64,000 nucleotides of DNA, taken from contig OZ024742.1 in NCBI GenBank assembly GCA_964016885.1, forward strand, positions 213,900,001-213,964,000, read 5' to 3'. This document shows positions 1 to 13,867 of the stretch, one piece after another (within the stretch, counting starts at the first letter, position 1; every line of letters starts with the position of its first letter). This DNA comes from Eledone cirrhosa. Taxonomy: Eukaryota. Under the pieces are notes generated by a model. The model was given only the letters and a program-made list of their open reading frames with translations. It made no database searches and was not told where the DNA came from. Both the position numbers and the translations under genes were made by a program.

Positions 1-1031
1 ATGAAAAACTCCATCAGTGTCTGTATCTACAACAATCAATTCCCCATCTCTTTTCGGCAATTGTCCTTAGAAAGAAAGGGGTTCATAAAAAGTGTCTTCG
101 CTATATATTTATGCATGCAGCATGGTCCCGTAACTCCCGAGGGTATCGTAGCGGCGGCTTATTGATATACAGCGTTTCTACGGCATTTTTAGACCTGCCC
201 GAGTCCATCTCCTCGACAGGTTTGCATACAGCCGAATACTTCCAGCGAAGGAAAATGGAAATGAGAAAGAGGTCTAAAGAGAGAATCAACCCCAGTAGTT
301 GACTGGAACTTTTTTTTTATCGAACTCAAAGGGATGAAGTTGACATCGATAGGATTTGAACTCAGAGATGAGAGAGTCGGAATGGATACCGGAAAAGATT
401 CTATCGGACGTTTTAATGACTGCCAATTCTCTACCATGTATACTTATAATAGAATACAAAGGTGGTTTTTCGCTGCTGTCTTTCGGATATTTTTTAAAGA
501 GTACCATCTTATTAGTTAGGTAGAAGTAAGTTCAACACACAACTGTCTCGGCACATTGAACGTAAACGTTCGGAACAATACCACAAATCCTTTTACCGAA
601 TGCAATAATAATTCAGTTAATCCATCCTCTAGACGAGGTCTTTATTTGACTGACTTTGGAAGGATGAAGAGTATTGACTTCAGTAGAAGATAAAGAATCA
701 AAACAAATGCTGAAAGGCATTTTGTACGACACTCCAACCAGTCTACCAGTGTTCCGACTATTAGAGGCATCTAGGATTAGATTACCTAAATAAATCTTTA
801 CTTGTTTATGCCGTTAGGCTTTATCTAAGAATTACATTTAGCTGCTACTTATAGCATGTCAAAATGTAAAGACCCAGAACAAATGCACCAATGATATTTT
901 AGCTGATACTCTAACATTTCTGCCAATTCACCACCTTAATATATAACATATGTATTAATATCAAATTATTAATTATAAACACACTAATTAACAACATATT
1001 GTTTATTTTAATACAATTATTATACTAAATG

Positions 1032-1208
1032 AAGAAAACATGAACATAGTCCCATAAGAAAACATGAACATAGTCCCATAAGAAAACATGAACATAGTCC
1101 CATAAGAAAACATGAACATAGTCCCATAAGAAAACATGAACATAGTCCCATAAGAAAACATGAACATAGTCCCATAAGAAAATATGAACATAGTCCCATA
1201 AGAAAACA
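1032..1208. repeat. 24-bp minisatellite (AAGAAAACATGAACATAGTCCCAT) x~7.4
   Basis: Near-perfect tandem units starting at 1032, 1056, 1080, 1104, 1128, 1152, 1176 and a partial unit at 1200. Confidence 0.95.
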
Positions 1209-1372
1209 GCCCGATTAAAAGAAAAAAGACTGATATGACGTTTAGATTCAGCATACTTTGAACGGCCACCAAATCACTTATGACAACATTGATGTTAGAG
1301 CAATTGTCACAGAAATGTGAAGACGTCATTTGACTATGCCGTGTTGGGATACCGCATTCAAGGGCTTTAGAA

Positions 1373-1588
1373 CAGGCAAGTGAAACATGCGGCCCGCGGG
1401 CCGATGCGACCCTTTACAAGCAGACCTGTGACCCTCACAAAGGTTTTTACAGCGCGAGCATGTTTTATCTTCATAATATGAAAAAAAGAATGTGTTGTAA
1501 TGTGCGCAATTAGTTGTCGTGTGCGGCCCTCAGACAACACATATGTCACCCATGTAGCCCTCGGGGGACCCTCAGTTTGACATGCCTG
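1373..1588. mobile_element. hAT-like MITE (non-autonomous DNA transposon)
   Basis: Imperfect TIRs CAGGCAAGTGAAAC / GTTTGACATGCCTG, subterminal GCGGCCC motifs, imperfect 8-bp flanking duplication CTTTAGAA/CTTTAGGC. Confidence 0.7.
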
Positions 1589-1679
1589 CTTTAGGCGATT
1601 ACATCAAGCCTAGTATTTGTAACTTGTATTTTTTCGTTCTAAATTTTGAGTTCTAAAAATATATTACAACATATATATT

Positions 1680-2097
1680 CCACCAGGATCGACATTTAAC
1701 CCCCGCCCTGTGATAACACGGCAGAGATAGAGGGACGGATCCTTTGTGTGTCCTGATGCCACCGAGTGCGAAACGAGGAAATCTTGCAGAGAGCCGAGTC
1801 TGGGCGCTGCAGAGGCTGGTCACGGAGGAGCGTCGGTGCCGTCTGACTGACCATATTCTGCGCCTTCCTAACGAAAGACACTCGAAAACGGCAATGAACT
1901 GGACTCCAGCTGGCGGCAAACGGAAGCGGGGTTACCCCAGGATCACCTGGGAACGAACGTTCCAAAAAGACCTTATGGCAGACAACATCACTTGGCACGG
2001 ACGCAAAAAAGCCGCCATTGATCGTGATCGTTGGCGACTATTTACTGCTCGATGCGCCGAAAGGCGCGGAAGAACTGAAGACTAAGACTAAGACTAT
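1680..2097 (+). mobile_element. 3' end of an RTE-clade LINE (5'-truncated)
   Basis: Translation HILRLPNERHSKTAMNWTPAGGKRKRGYPRITW...DRDRWR matches the RTE ORF C-terminus; (GACTAA)n tail. Confidence 0.85.
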
Positions 2098-3439
2098 CAT
2101 ACCTTACGACATCAAAGGTGATTAAATAAGTAATAGTAATAAATAGACGATTCAATCATTTATCTATATTAACACCTCACCTTACCTACATCAACCAGCT
2201 CTACAGATACGTCGACCCATTTTGAGCACCTCCTCTTGCAAGAAATAATTGTAAAATTTCCCATAAATTAAACACCACTACGATCTTAGAAAAGTACACG
2301 ATGGATAATTTGGTCCTTGTTTTCTTGTATTTTGGATAACAATAGAATGGGTACAGCTGGAACGTCTTTTGCCATAAGATCTAATCGGTCAGGACTGATA
2401 TGGAGCTAAACAACAACAACAACAACAACAACAGCAACAACAATCTCATCGGATACGTTAGTCATGCGCTTAGTCATTAGAAATCCTTGATGAAAGAAGG
2501 AAATAAGAAAATATAATGACAAAAACGTTAGAATAAGGATAAAAAAACATATAAAGGACAGAAAGGAAATGTAGAAATAGAGAAAAATATTGAGAAAATA
2601 GAAATAGAAAAATCTTACTCCCCATCCCCAGTCAAAAGAAAAAAAAAGAAAAAAGAAAAAACAAGAAAAATTTAAAGCAGAATAGAAATAAAAGATGAAG
2701 GGGGTGGAGTAGAGGAATGAATGGAAAAAAAAATATACACAATACAAAACAGCAAATAAATAATAAGACGAACCAACCAGAACGAATTGAAAGAGAAAAA
2801 GGAAAGCAAGAAGGAAGGAAGTTTCCGTTATGTCTGGAGACACGAACATGTTATTAAGAATTGCTTATGAAATTGTCTGCAGACAGACAGAAGTGGTGTC
2901 GTAAGATAATGGTCTAAGTCTACCTGATTACGACCAATTACTGAAATAGCTTGTAGCTTTAAAGACAGTAGACTAACATACATTAACATATATTTGACAT
3001 AGTTTGTTATCTCCCTCCACACCTGCATCATCTCCTTTCAACTAACAATTAATACAGACGAAGCAAAAAAAAAACAAAAAACAAAAAAAAAACATCAATG
3101 TAGTCGCTTGACTTGCGAAAAAAAGCAGCCAAACCTATCTCAAATCCCATTGTTTCATCATAAGGCGGCAAATTAGCAGAATATATATTTTGTTGAAAGC
3201 ATTTCGAACAAGCTTCTTTTCTTTCTACCAGGTCCTTAAAAGTATCTTGGACACTACTCCGAGCCCAATCAAACGGCGAACAAACACAGGAACAGAAAGT
3301 ACATATTGGACAGTGGAATCTGAGATGCACTTTGTTTGAAAAAATGGTATGTTTCCACAAAAAATGGTCTGCCCCACCAGGGCTGACTATGGCTAAATAA
3401 TAAAAAAAAAAATGTAATGTTATAAAAATAATATACACT

Positions 3440-3618
3440 ATGGCAGTATCAGTAGAGGGTTGGACGCCATGCTTTCTAGCATAGTTACGTCCCTTTACGG
3501 TTTGAGTTCAAATCCCGTCGAGGTTAACTTTGCCTTTCATCCTTACGGGGTCGATAAAATAAAGTACCAGTAATGTACTGGTTAATTGCTGGCCTTGTGC
3601 CTAAAGTAGAAACAATTA
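3440..3618 (+). mobile_element. tRNA-derived SINE, family A (Meta-domain-like core)
   Basis: B-box-like GAGTTCAAATCCC followed by TTTGCCTTTCATCCTTACGGGGTCGATAAAATAAAGTACC core repeated throughout the window. Confidence 0.85.
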
Positions 3619-3734
3619 TAACATAACAACAATATACACTATTGCACAATATAAACTTATTAGATTATTATAAAGATTATATAATTATTATTTACTTTTT
3701 TTACAGTGTAGTTGAAGAGTATTTTGCCGTAACC

Positions 3735-4008
3735 ATAATTGTTTCTACTTTTGGCACAAGGCCAGCAATTACCCCAGTGCATTACTGGTGCTTTATTTTA
3801 TCGACCCCGTAAGGATGAAAGGCAAAGTTAACCTCGGCAGGATTTGAACTCAGAACGTAAAGGGCCATAACGCGTCTGACGCTCTACAGATACTGCCAAT
3901 CCACCGTAACTATAATTGTTTCTACTTTAGGCACAAGGCCAGCAATTACCCAGTGTATTACTGGTACTTTATTTTATCGACCCCGTAAGGATGAAAGGCA
4001 AAGTCAAA
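3735..4008 (-). mobile_element. Two tandem family A SINE copies (one partial)
   Basis: Reverse complement of family A at 3735-3906 and 3912-4008. Confidence 0.85.
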
Positions 4009-4329
4009 ACTATAATAGTAGTACAATACATATATTCAGTATCTGAAGATGGAGGTGCAGAGAGTTTATTACCTTCAGACGCTTCTCAAATGTGCACATA
4101 TAGAGACACTGGTGTCATCTATTGGCTTGTAGACAGTTGTGATGTACAGGTTGTTGGAGGTGTGGTGGGGGTGGTAGGTGTGGTAGGGATGGTAGGTGTG
4201 TCACAGAATGCAGTTTCAAGAATACGTCTAATTTTTACATTGTTTACTGTTCTAACGTTGTTTGTTACTTGGCTTTGCACTGTCGAAAATCTCTGTACTA
4301 AGAGATAGTCTCAGAATCAGAAGATGTCA

Positions 4330-4880
4330 TTATAAAAAGGATGGCAATATCCATGAAATTTAACATGTGCTAGCCATATTGATGTAACTTCCTCTTCCCC
4401 AATACTTACTTTTTATCTACAATTTCTACAGAACTGAAGATGTGATAGCTAGGATCCCTCCATTCAATTTAAGCTATTCCCGAATATCATCTTTAGTTTC
4501 TCCCCAATTGCCAACATTTATAAAGGTGCGTTGAAAATTATTTGCTTTAAATTCTTCAAAGACCAAATCCTATATAATATCAAGCTATAAAGACCAAATC
4601 CTATATAATATCAAGCTATAAAGATCAAATCCTATATAATATCAAGCTATAAAGACCAAATCCTATATAATATTCAACAAGCTTTTCCATTCATTTGCCA
4701 AAGTCGTAGTCTTCAACTCCTTCCAAGCATCTGCAAAGTTAAAATGAACAGACTTAACATTGTAGGTTCATAGATTCTGAAGTGTGCTGGTCATCCTTTT
4801 TTCTTTTCCTGCATCTTATCCTTACTCGAATACATACATTCTTCTATTTTACGAGAACAGTTCTCTTTGGCTTCTCTTCA
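4330..4880 (-). pseudogene. Decayed Tigger/pogo (DDE_1, jerky/CENP-B-like) transposase C-terminal fragment
   Basis: Minus-strand translation YNVKSVHFNFADAWKELKTTTLANEWKSLL and DPSYHIFSSVEIV resembles Tigger C-terminal motifs; stops and frameshifts present. Confidence 0.55.
4558..4673. repeat. 31-bp minisatellite x~3.7
   Basis: AAAGACCAAATCCTATATAATATCAAGCTAT units at 4558, 4589, 4620 and a partial unit at 4651. Confidence 0.95.
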
Positions 4881-5918
4881 AAAACAGAAAAAAAAAGAAA
4901 ATAATAAGAAAACTGCCCGTTAAACCGGTGTTTTTTAAACAAGTATTTGGCTGTACAAACTAAAATATAGTTTGTAGAACTAAAATATTAACCTTCATCA
5001 CCTTTTCTCAGTATAATTTTGTCATTTCCTCTGATACGATTATTCATTTTACAGAAAACATCTTTTCCATATCATAATTCTCTATTTATATATTCAATAG
5101 AGGTAGAGTTGAACTTAAATTTACTATTGTTGTTACACCTTCAATGTTTCATTTACAGTACAAATAAACATTTAAATACAGAGATTTATATTGCCTTTTT
5201 TATTTTTCATTATTTAACTTCAATGATTGATCACATGAGGTTCTTGAAAAACTCCAAGTTTTGATATATTGAAGTTTGAGACATTTTGAAATTTCTTTTA
5301 TGAAAGGTCATGTGAGTTATGTAAAAGAAAGTTCAGTTGACCTGAAATTACCGTTACTATGGTGGAATTATAGATTTTCTTCACATTATTATCATATAGA
5401 CAGACGAACAAACACAGAAACCACATACTTTGTTGCTCGACACGCTAGAAATATCAGCTAAATCTCTTTCAAATTACACTATATTTCCATAAAAAGGTAC
5501 ACAGATTTGATAAGGTAATTATAGATGCTGTTTATCTGAAAAATAAAACAGTTTATCAAGCTTTTGATAAGCTAGCATAAGCTTTTGGTAAGAAGGCTGC
5601 TGGATTATGTATCATTTTCTGCTAAAAAAATTACAACATAACGAACAATAACATCAACGACAACGACCATGACAATAACAGCAACAAAAACTGAAATAGA
5701 TATGAAAAATATTAAAGATGATTTAAGATGACATGTCAGTGTATGAATCGATGTTTATCGCGCCAGCAACATTTTTTTAAACACCAATTATGAAATCTAA
5801 AACTGGACCCGCGAACTTTAACTGAATATACAAACACGCTTCACTTTAAAAGGAAATTCCGAGGGTTGTCGTTTACACCCAGACAGCTTATAGACTGATA
5901 ATAACATTTTATTATTCT

Positions 5919-6135
5919 GTGGATTGACAGTATCGGTAGAGGGTCGGACGCCATGCTTTGCAGCATAGAGTTACGTCCCTTTATGATATGAGTTCAAATC
6001 CCGCCGAGGTTAACTTTGCTTTTCATCCTTACGGGGTCGATGAAATAAAGTACCTGTCACGCACTGGGGTCGATTTAATCGACTTTCCCCTTCCCCAAAA
6101 TTGCTGCCCTTGGGCCTATATAAGAAAGCATTATT
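5919..6135 (+). mobile_element. Family A SINE
   Basis: Full head (GGATTGACAGTATCGGTAGAGGGTCGGACG) plus core and tail. Confidence 0.85.
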
Positions 6136-6662
6136 CTGTTTGATTGGTAGTTGAATATTTGAAAACACATGTTACTGGAAGAAGTTCCTTCATACTCTCT
6201 TTGTAAAACGACCGAAGTCAGAAGCTGCCTTCCCCAGTCCTGTATCAAGTAAGACGTATGATGACGTAGTTAAACTGGGACAGGTTAGCATATCAACGTT
6301 ATCTATTACTGTGACATCGATTATATGGGGGATGGATATTGTAAAGATGGAACATGGCGGCTGTCATCTTCAAGCTCATCGAGAGTCCAAATATTTGCAA
6401 GATCTGAAGGGAATTTAAAAGGGCAGGAAGCTGATCGGCAGAAGCGGTTTAAAAGGCTGCGTCATCAGCATATAGACACTCCCTAACTAAAGCACTAAAG
6501 CTTTTTATTTGTCATTGCTTTGAAAGAAAAGAGACTGAATAGATTACCATTATTACGAAATATTAGAGGCACACAACATGTCTGTACTTTAAATGACGAT
6601 GGAATTGTTTTAGTTTGAATGCACGTGTCACATCAAATTAATTACCAAGCAATTCCTACACT

Positions 6663-6692
6663 GAGACACACACACACACACACACAGACACA

Positions 6693-6775
<83 letters not shown>

Positions 6776-6824
6776 ACGAACGCCCCCCCCCCAACACACA
6801 CACACACACCCCAACACACACACA
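6663..6824. repeat. (CA)n microsatellite (representative of many CA/TA/CT tracts in the window)
   Basis: Dinucleotide run; others at e.g. 9820-9952, 10569-10676, 14365-14620, 30010-30220, 30311-30708, 51106-51584, 54070-54555. Confidence 0.98.
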
Positions 6825-8300
6825 GAGGCGAATAGGTAGAGTTGTAGCAATTGTTCAGCTTGTGCGCTTTGGCTTCAAATATTGCTGAACTCATCTTTGA
6901 TTTTCCTTGTCGCTTTCAATAAAGTCAAGTACCAGTTTAGAGTATATGAGAGCGTCAGACATAATGTTTTGTGGCATTTTTTCTGGTTCTTTGCGATCTG
7001 AATTCATGAATTGCAGGAATAATTCATTGCTCGGTTGAATACCACCCCCTCATCCATGAGGGATTTTAGTGGAGTTCATTCTGGAGACCCTGAAAAAAAA
7101 AAAATGGTCATTAGCGCTGCACTTTGCTCCTTAATTAAGCGAGAAGAAAAGAGCGGCGCTAATTTTGATACATTCACGAAACTAGAATTAAGCAGCAATT
7201 CTTAAAGGATTTTACGAGAGCTTTCTGGCTAAAGGTAGGGTTTGAAACAATAAATCCCTAATGTATATTGAAATAACTAAGTATTTTAAAATCTTGTATG
7301 AAAATTGTTTCGGTGATGCTTCTGTCTGTTATCTTTTCTAGGGACTTCTCCATTAATTGCACATCAATAGTATATAACAACTAACCGAAATATACTTTTG
7401 GGTTTAGTACTATTTATACATTCATGTTTCGCGAATAAATAATGTTTATCATCAGGATGATTATCACACCGGTTTGGTTATAAAATTATGATTGAATCCT
7501 TCGTCTTTATGTTTGTGTTTCCGAGCAGGTCAACTTGGTTGAACTTCTCGCACGAAATTATGGTTTCTGATTTAGGCAATTTATACTAAAGAAATGTTTA
7601 TCAGTTTCATTGGGATGCCGTTCTTTACAGTTGAAGGTCGTTCCCATCCTAGTGTTATCTATTTACAGGGTCGTGTATTAGGCTTAGTGAGACTCAGTAA
7701 AGTGTTAGTTTAATTGCACAAATCGCAAATGTTTCCGATGGTTATGCAGGACACTGTAAAATAAATTAACTGAAACTTTCTTAACCACGTTTAAAGTCTC
7801 ATTAAAACCATTTTCTGCTATGAATATGCTATTGTCTGAAAGAAACTTAATGACATATGGTAATGCCTCCGATATAAGTTGTATGTGTGCGCGTTTGGGT
7901 GTGTGTGTGTTTATTTGTGTATATGTATGTGTATATGTGTGTGTGTGTGATTGAGATGATAGATAAATAGACAGAGGTAGAGTGTAGAATATATATATAT
8001 CCTGTTAGTTCTATCGTTACTTTGGTATATTATTGTGTGTTAGATTTTGCCTACCACAATGTTCGATTTGTCAAGCTATTTAAACGTATGTTATTACTCT
8101 AAGCACCTAACTTATCGAGTGCTTTGCTAACTCATCATTTCATATAAGTAGGCCGAATTTGCTTGCAAACCGCCAGAGATTCGATTTTACTAAATTTCCA
8201 ATTATATATATATATATGTATATATAATAAAAAGGATGATTTGTTATGTCTTCATAACAGAGGTCCGATGAGCTTTTGATTCCAGAGTCGGGCTAGATCG

Positions 8301-8352
<52 letters not shown>

Positions 8353-8785
8353 GACAACAATATATTACCGTATTCACTTTTCTTATAAATGATTTCTTCT
8401 GTAAAATATTCATTAAATTATTTTTTTCTAAATTTTAGTTACTTTTTTTTCTATTATAAAATATTTTATTGCAAAACAAAATAACCAGTGGTAAAAGAAG
8501 CTGTACCATATACATGGCAATAAGGAAATAAAAAAAGGGAATTAAAGCAACGAATGAAAGGAAGAGGGGAAGGGGGCGATAGGCTTTACACCCAGTCTGA
8601 CAAGTAAATTAGCTGCGCTCCGCGAATAAAATGGCAAAAGTATTATCACAAATTATTACTAAAATTATACAAAATCTAAGGGAATTAACTCTTTATAAAT
8701 TATTACTGCTTCTCTCCCTTAAATGATAACTGTCAATCGTGTTTTCTAAGCTTTATTTTGACCAACCTAATCAGCTAGCTTCGCA

Positions 8786-9280
8786 CAACATGCTTTGCGG
8801 TATATAGTTACAGCTATTTACGAACTGAGTTCAAATTCTGCCTTTCATCCATTTAGGGTCAATAATATAAACTACCAGTAACATACTAGGGTAGATTTAA
8901 TCAATTTTCCTCTCCCCCAAAATAGTTTGCCTTGTTGCTAAATCAGAAACCATTATTACCAGGTTAACTTTGCCTTTTATCCTTACGGGGTCGATAAATA
9001 AAGTACCAGTCACGCACTGGGGTCGATTTACTCGACTTTCCCCTCCCCCAAAATTGCTGGCCTTGTGCCTATATAAGAAACCATTATTACCGGTGGATTG
9101 GCAGTATCGGTAGAGGGTCGGACGCCATGCTTTGCAGCACAGTTACGTCCCTTTACGGACTGAGTTCAAATCCCGCCGAGGTTAACTTTGCCTTTCATCC
9201 TTACGGGGTCGATAAAATAAAGTATCAGTAATGTACTGGGATAATTGCTGGCCTTATGCCAAAAGTAGAAACAATTATTA
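8786..9280 (+). mobile_element. Head-to-tail trimer of family A SINEs
   Basis: Three consecutive cores at about 8786-8959, 8960-9090 and 9093-9280, the first two ending in GAAACCATTATTACC. Confidence 0.85.
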
Positions 9281-9818
9281 CAATATCAATAAGGGCAGTG
9301 AGTTGGCAGAATATTTAGTGCGTCGGATGGAATGCATTGTACATTTTTATGCTGAGGTTTGTAATGCTCTTTTAAGATCACAAGTAAGTTACAGTAAATT
9401 GTGCAACCATTAACCTATGAAAAAGCGATGGAAAACTTAGGGAAAGATTCGGAGCACACAGTATACGGAGGATATTCTTTTATGCTTATATTCTTTTACT
9501 AGCTGTGGCTATATGGTGAGGCACCACCTTGAAGAGATTTATTTGACCGCCAGCCGAAACCCAATAATTTTTATTTCAAGTCTGGTGGTTATCGATCTCT
9601 GTTGAACCATCAGATTATATGACAAAATATGCATTAAACAGAAACAAACACACACGCTCGTTTCTATGTAAGTATATGCCTATAGAGCCTATAGATAAAG
9701 ACATACATAAGTCTGCACGCATGCGTATATATTTATATATTGATATCAGTGCCCCTCCAAAAAATGGGGCCGCAGCATGGCTGCAGTTGAATGACTGAAA
9801 CCAGTAAACGAATTAACG

Positions 9819-9956
<138 letters not shown>

Positions 9957-10567
9957 GGTTTCAGTAATTCGTGTTGGTTGATCCAAGCAATCGACCAATT
10001 ATTGTGTAATCAAACGCAAGCACTCGACGTCGTGTGAACATTACGTATATAGTATCCGACTGATTATTTATATAAAAAAAAAGGAAGAGAGAGGGTTTCA
10101 TGCATTCAACTTCACACCTGTCATGTGATAAACAAAAGTTGACTATGGAAAAAACCACCTCTCTTCTTTTTCTTAATATATATATTTAACGAAGATATTT
10201 TAGTAGTTGTTAGAATGATTATAACATGAATAAATGATTTGCTTCATATATAAAGGTTTACTTCACTTCAGTCAAAAAGAACAATAAGCAAGTTACGACG
10301 AGTAGCAAAGGTTGACAATGTTATTTTGTTGTTGGTTCATGAGGCTGGTGTAGTCTGAGACCAGAAGAGAGAGAGAGTAATGGTCTGTAGCTGGTTGTAG
10401 ACCACTGTGGCCTGTAGATAGTGGTGATCTTTACATAGCTTGATGCTAGCGCAATGCTCCGATTTCTCTGTATAAAACTGGGGAATATACAGGCTTTATA
10501 TACCTGTCGCTTTCTGTCTCCCACCTCAAGGGATAGCCCACGCATGAACCTGTTCAGACAGATTTCA

Positions 10568-10676
<109 letters not shown>

Positions 10677-10746
10677 ATCAAGGTTTAGCAAGTAAGAAAA
10701 AGTTTCAAAATAAATTTTAAAAAATTAACTTTACTTACTATGGTTA

Positions 10747-10830
10747 CCTTTACCGAATCGGTTTCGAGTCTCAAAAATAAACGGACAGTCCATACGGCAT
10801 CCGTTGCAAAGATAAACTCTCGTCAGAAGG
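10747..10830 (-). ncRNA. Type I hammerhead ribozyme, intact core
   Basis: Minus strand: CCTT CTGACGA GAGTTT..AGACTC GAAA CCGA T TCG GTA| AAGG; stems I, II and III all pair; a 5'-truncated copy of the same element lies at about 52121-52238 (+). Confidence 0.85.
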
Positions 10831-11136
10831 ATCTTTTCACTCGGAGAATAAAAAATTCCCGAGTTCAAATTACGAACTGGCGCTATTCAAAATTGTTCCC
10901 GAGATGAGAATAAATGAAGTGGAAGCAATTCTTACAAGTGCCGTGTGTAAAGATAGAGGCAGAGGCAAGGAGGTCAGTCTGGTCCCGCTATAACTAGCAG
11001 CAGTCAGAACGACCAAATTTTTTCTCAAAAGACGCTGGACATCGAAACAAATCCGTAGGGATGCAGTCAGTCACAGTTAGAAGTAAGTGGATACACACAC
11101 ACTCCACACCCGCATACATCGGCTCGAGGTCGAAGA

Positions 11137-11251
11137 AAAATAAAAATAAAAATAAAAATAAAAATAAAAATAAAAATAAAAATAAAAATAAAAATAAAAA
11201 TAAAAATAAAAATAAAAATAAAAATAAAAATAAAAATAAACATAAAAATAA
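11137..11251. repeat. (AAAAAT)n hexanucleotide microsatellite
   Basis: Direct observation. Confidence 0.98.
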
Positions 11252-11426
11252 ATACATATACACACAACAACACAGTATTCAACCCGCAGAATTAGCGTGG
11301 TTGGGCACACATACACCCCAACACACACCGAAGCGACATTCGAGAAAAAGCATATATAAGAATGTACCAACACAGCAATCACAGAAAAGTTAGTTCGTAA
11401 AGCAACAGAAATTATGTCGGTCAAAT

Positions 11427-11891
11427 CTCAATTTGACGATGTAAATCGGAAATTTTAAGTTAACCAACGCTACACACATACACACAGACACAAGCGCGTG
11501 CGCGCAAGTAAATTCAGTTCAGTGTTCTGCTGTACGTGTAAAGACCCAACTGCAACATCAATATCTTCAAGTGTGTGTTATGGCAAAAGGTATACACACA
11601 CCCGAATCAGCCAAAAAATGGAAGTCTGGGTATATACACATCCATGTGAAGAGCTCAATTTGACGATGCAGATTGGAAACATTGGGTCAACCAACGCTAC
11701 ATACACACACACACACACACACGTGCATGCGCGCAAGTAAGTTCAGTTCAATGTTTTGCTATACGCGTATACATCCAATTGTAACATCCATATCTTCAAG
11801 TGTGTGTTATGGCAAAAGGTATACACATACCCGAATCGTCCAAAAATAAGGGGGGGGGGTATCCGTGTATATACACATCCATGTGAAGAGC
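11427..11891. repeat. Diverged tandem duplication, ~230-bp unit x2
   Basis: Both units begin TCAATTTGACGATG and end ACACATCCATGTGAAGAGC (about 11427-11653 and 11654-11891). Confidence 0.9.
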
Positions 11892-12539
11892 AAGCATTCA
11901 GCTCATGTCGAACTCCTTGTGTACCGCTGTCCAGTTGAGAATCAAAATAACCAAATCCGGGCGTGCAAGCAACTGCAGTGTGGGCCGGCAAAGGGCTCTA
12001 TGTAGGGTTGGGTATAGGGTAAATGAGTCCGCAAGTGCGATCTCCCGCCACATGGGCCAATGAGCTTTTAAGATAGTTGTTTGAGTGGTGGAGGTGTGTT
12101 ATTCAGCATAGAAGGTGAAGTAAGAAAATACAGGACAGTGAATGTGTGTAGGCCCATTAATGGTGTGTCAGTATCATTGTTCAATCCGTAACAATGAGTC
12201 CTCCATGGTTAGATGATCACGCATCAAAACCTGGTGTAGAGTTCAGTCGGTAGGAACGTGACATTCGTAAATGTTGGAGCTCAATGTCTAAAGGAAGCGG
12301 GTACTGTGAGCTATGTATAGGGAACGTAATCGGTCCTATCTAAGTGTGTAATCAATCTAACTATTTACTAGCTAGGTATTCTAAAAGAGAGCACTCAGCT
12401 ATGAGAACTCTGTGGAAACATGCCGAGTATCTTTGCAAGTGCGCAAACAATCTTAGCCGTCTAACTACCTAAGTGTGTGACTGTCCGTTTATTGAGAGGA
12501 CTCTAGGGCTAAAGTAGAGAGGGAGGAGTTATTGGTAGG

Positions 12540-13686
12540 TTACCTTCCAAAAGTCTTGCGGAAGGTTTTAGAGGTTCTATGTTGACAGTTGCTGAAAAAT
12601 CCGCTCTTCTATTAATTAACAAGGGGCCGCCTCTAATAATATTGAAAGTTTCAGCTATACATAAATTGCAGACGCCAGTGCTGCCGTTATAAGGTTGGGC
12701 TGAACAAACTATGGACCAGGATAAGGAGTGCTCTATATTCTGAAGTTTAAGCTTCCAGACTAATTCCGAAAGTGCCGTGCTATTTTTCTTATCTAATCTA
12801 TTAAAGGTATGGCGGTGATTATACCATCTATCCTTAAATTCAGTGGCAGTTGCTCCAACATACCTAAAAGTTCTATCAGGAGTGGAGACCTTACAGTCGT
12901 AGACTATATTTTTGGTAAGGCATTTCCCAGCCAAGGAGCAGGTGGCGGTACTTCTACAGTTGCAATTTCTGCTATCGATCTGGGTGGTTCCGGAAGGACC
13001 ACGGTACCTTTGGGGTCGGGTCTCAGTTCCAGTCTACTCTATGGGTAAATTCCCCGGGGTAGGGGCGACCCGACTCGCCTCACGTGTATGAGTCAGTTCC
13101 TCAATAGAGCTGCCATTGTTCCTGCCATGCCTAAATCCCTCATTGGCTGTCTTAAGTCTACAAAAATTCATCTTATCTATATTCTGAGCTATGTTACTAG
13201 TTGTGGAGTAGGACAACTTGATAGTATTTCTATTGAATATTTTATAATATCTGTGCGATCTGGGGGAAGCAATTTTCTAAGGCCCTAAAGAAAAGCTTAG
13301 CTATACTAGTGGTCAGGCCAGTGGAGTAAGAGGGATTAAACCTCAGGACTTTTCTGGTCCGATGCCTCCTGTTCCTACTAACTATATTAGAATTACCACT
13401 CACCCTAGTATTATCCAGTCTATTGTAACTAGAAATTACCTGTGGGCCTGAGGTGTCCAGGGGTGTCACGATTGTGTTCGGAAACGTCCCAAGTCTCCAG
13501 GGCGGTGTAACCCCCGTGCGGCTATTGGGGTTACTCTCGATAGCTAGGGTTGTATCAGGTATGCGTCTGCTACACTTGTCCCAATTCTCCCTACTCGACC
13601 CTCGTTCCATACTGCGTTCAACGGTAGTTCTATCGCTTCCACAATTAAGGTTACTACTAGTGTTTCCGTATATGATTGCCAAATAG
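12540..13686 (-). mobile_element. Penelope-like element, 5'-truncated: linker plus GIY-YIG endonuclease pseudogene
   Basis: RKVLRFNPSYS...ENCFP, SYSTTSNI, CNCRSTATCSLAGKC, IVYDCKV...RYVGAT, RWYNH, CNLC, frameshifted CQH; no RT core is present. Confidence 0.85.
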
Positions 13687-13867
13687 TTTTATATAAAATT
13701 CAATGTGTTTATGTTGTTAGAGGTAGAAGATAGGAGAGATATTATTGAAGTAAAAGATACAGAAAGATAGACGTAAACATTGAGCATACCCAACAAAGGA
13801 AAATGATAGGGTAAAATAAATATCTTACCTCATGTAATGTTTTACAATTGTTTTGCCATTATTAAGA

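Noticed and set aside
1003-1329. ORF with FSYGTMFM repeats; possible CRISPR-like array
   Set aside because: It is a 24-bp tandem minisatellite with no spacers, and the reading frame is incidental
7105-7205. Enhancer-like cluster of TAAT/TTAATTAA motifs
   Set aside because: Short motifs are expected by chance in AT-rich DNA; cross-species conservation is needed
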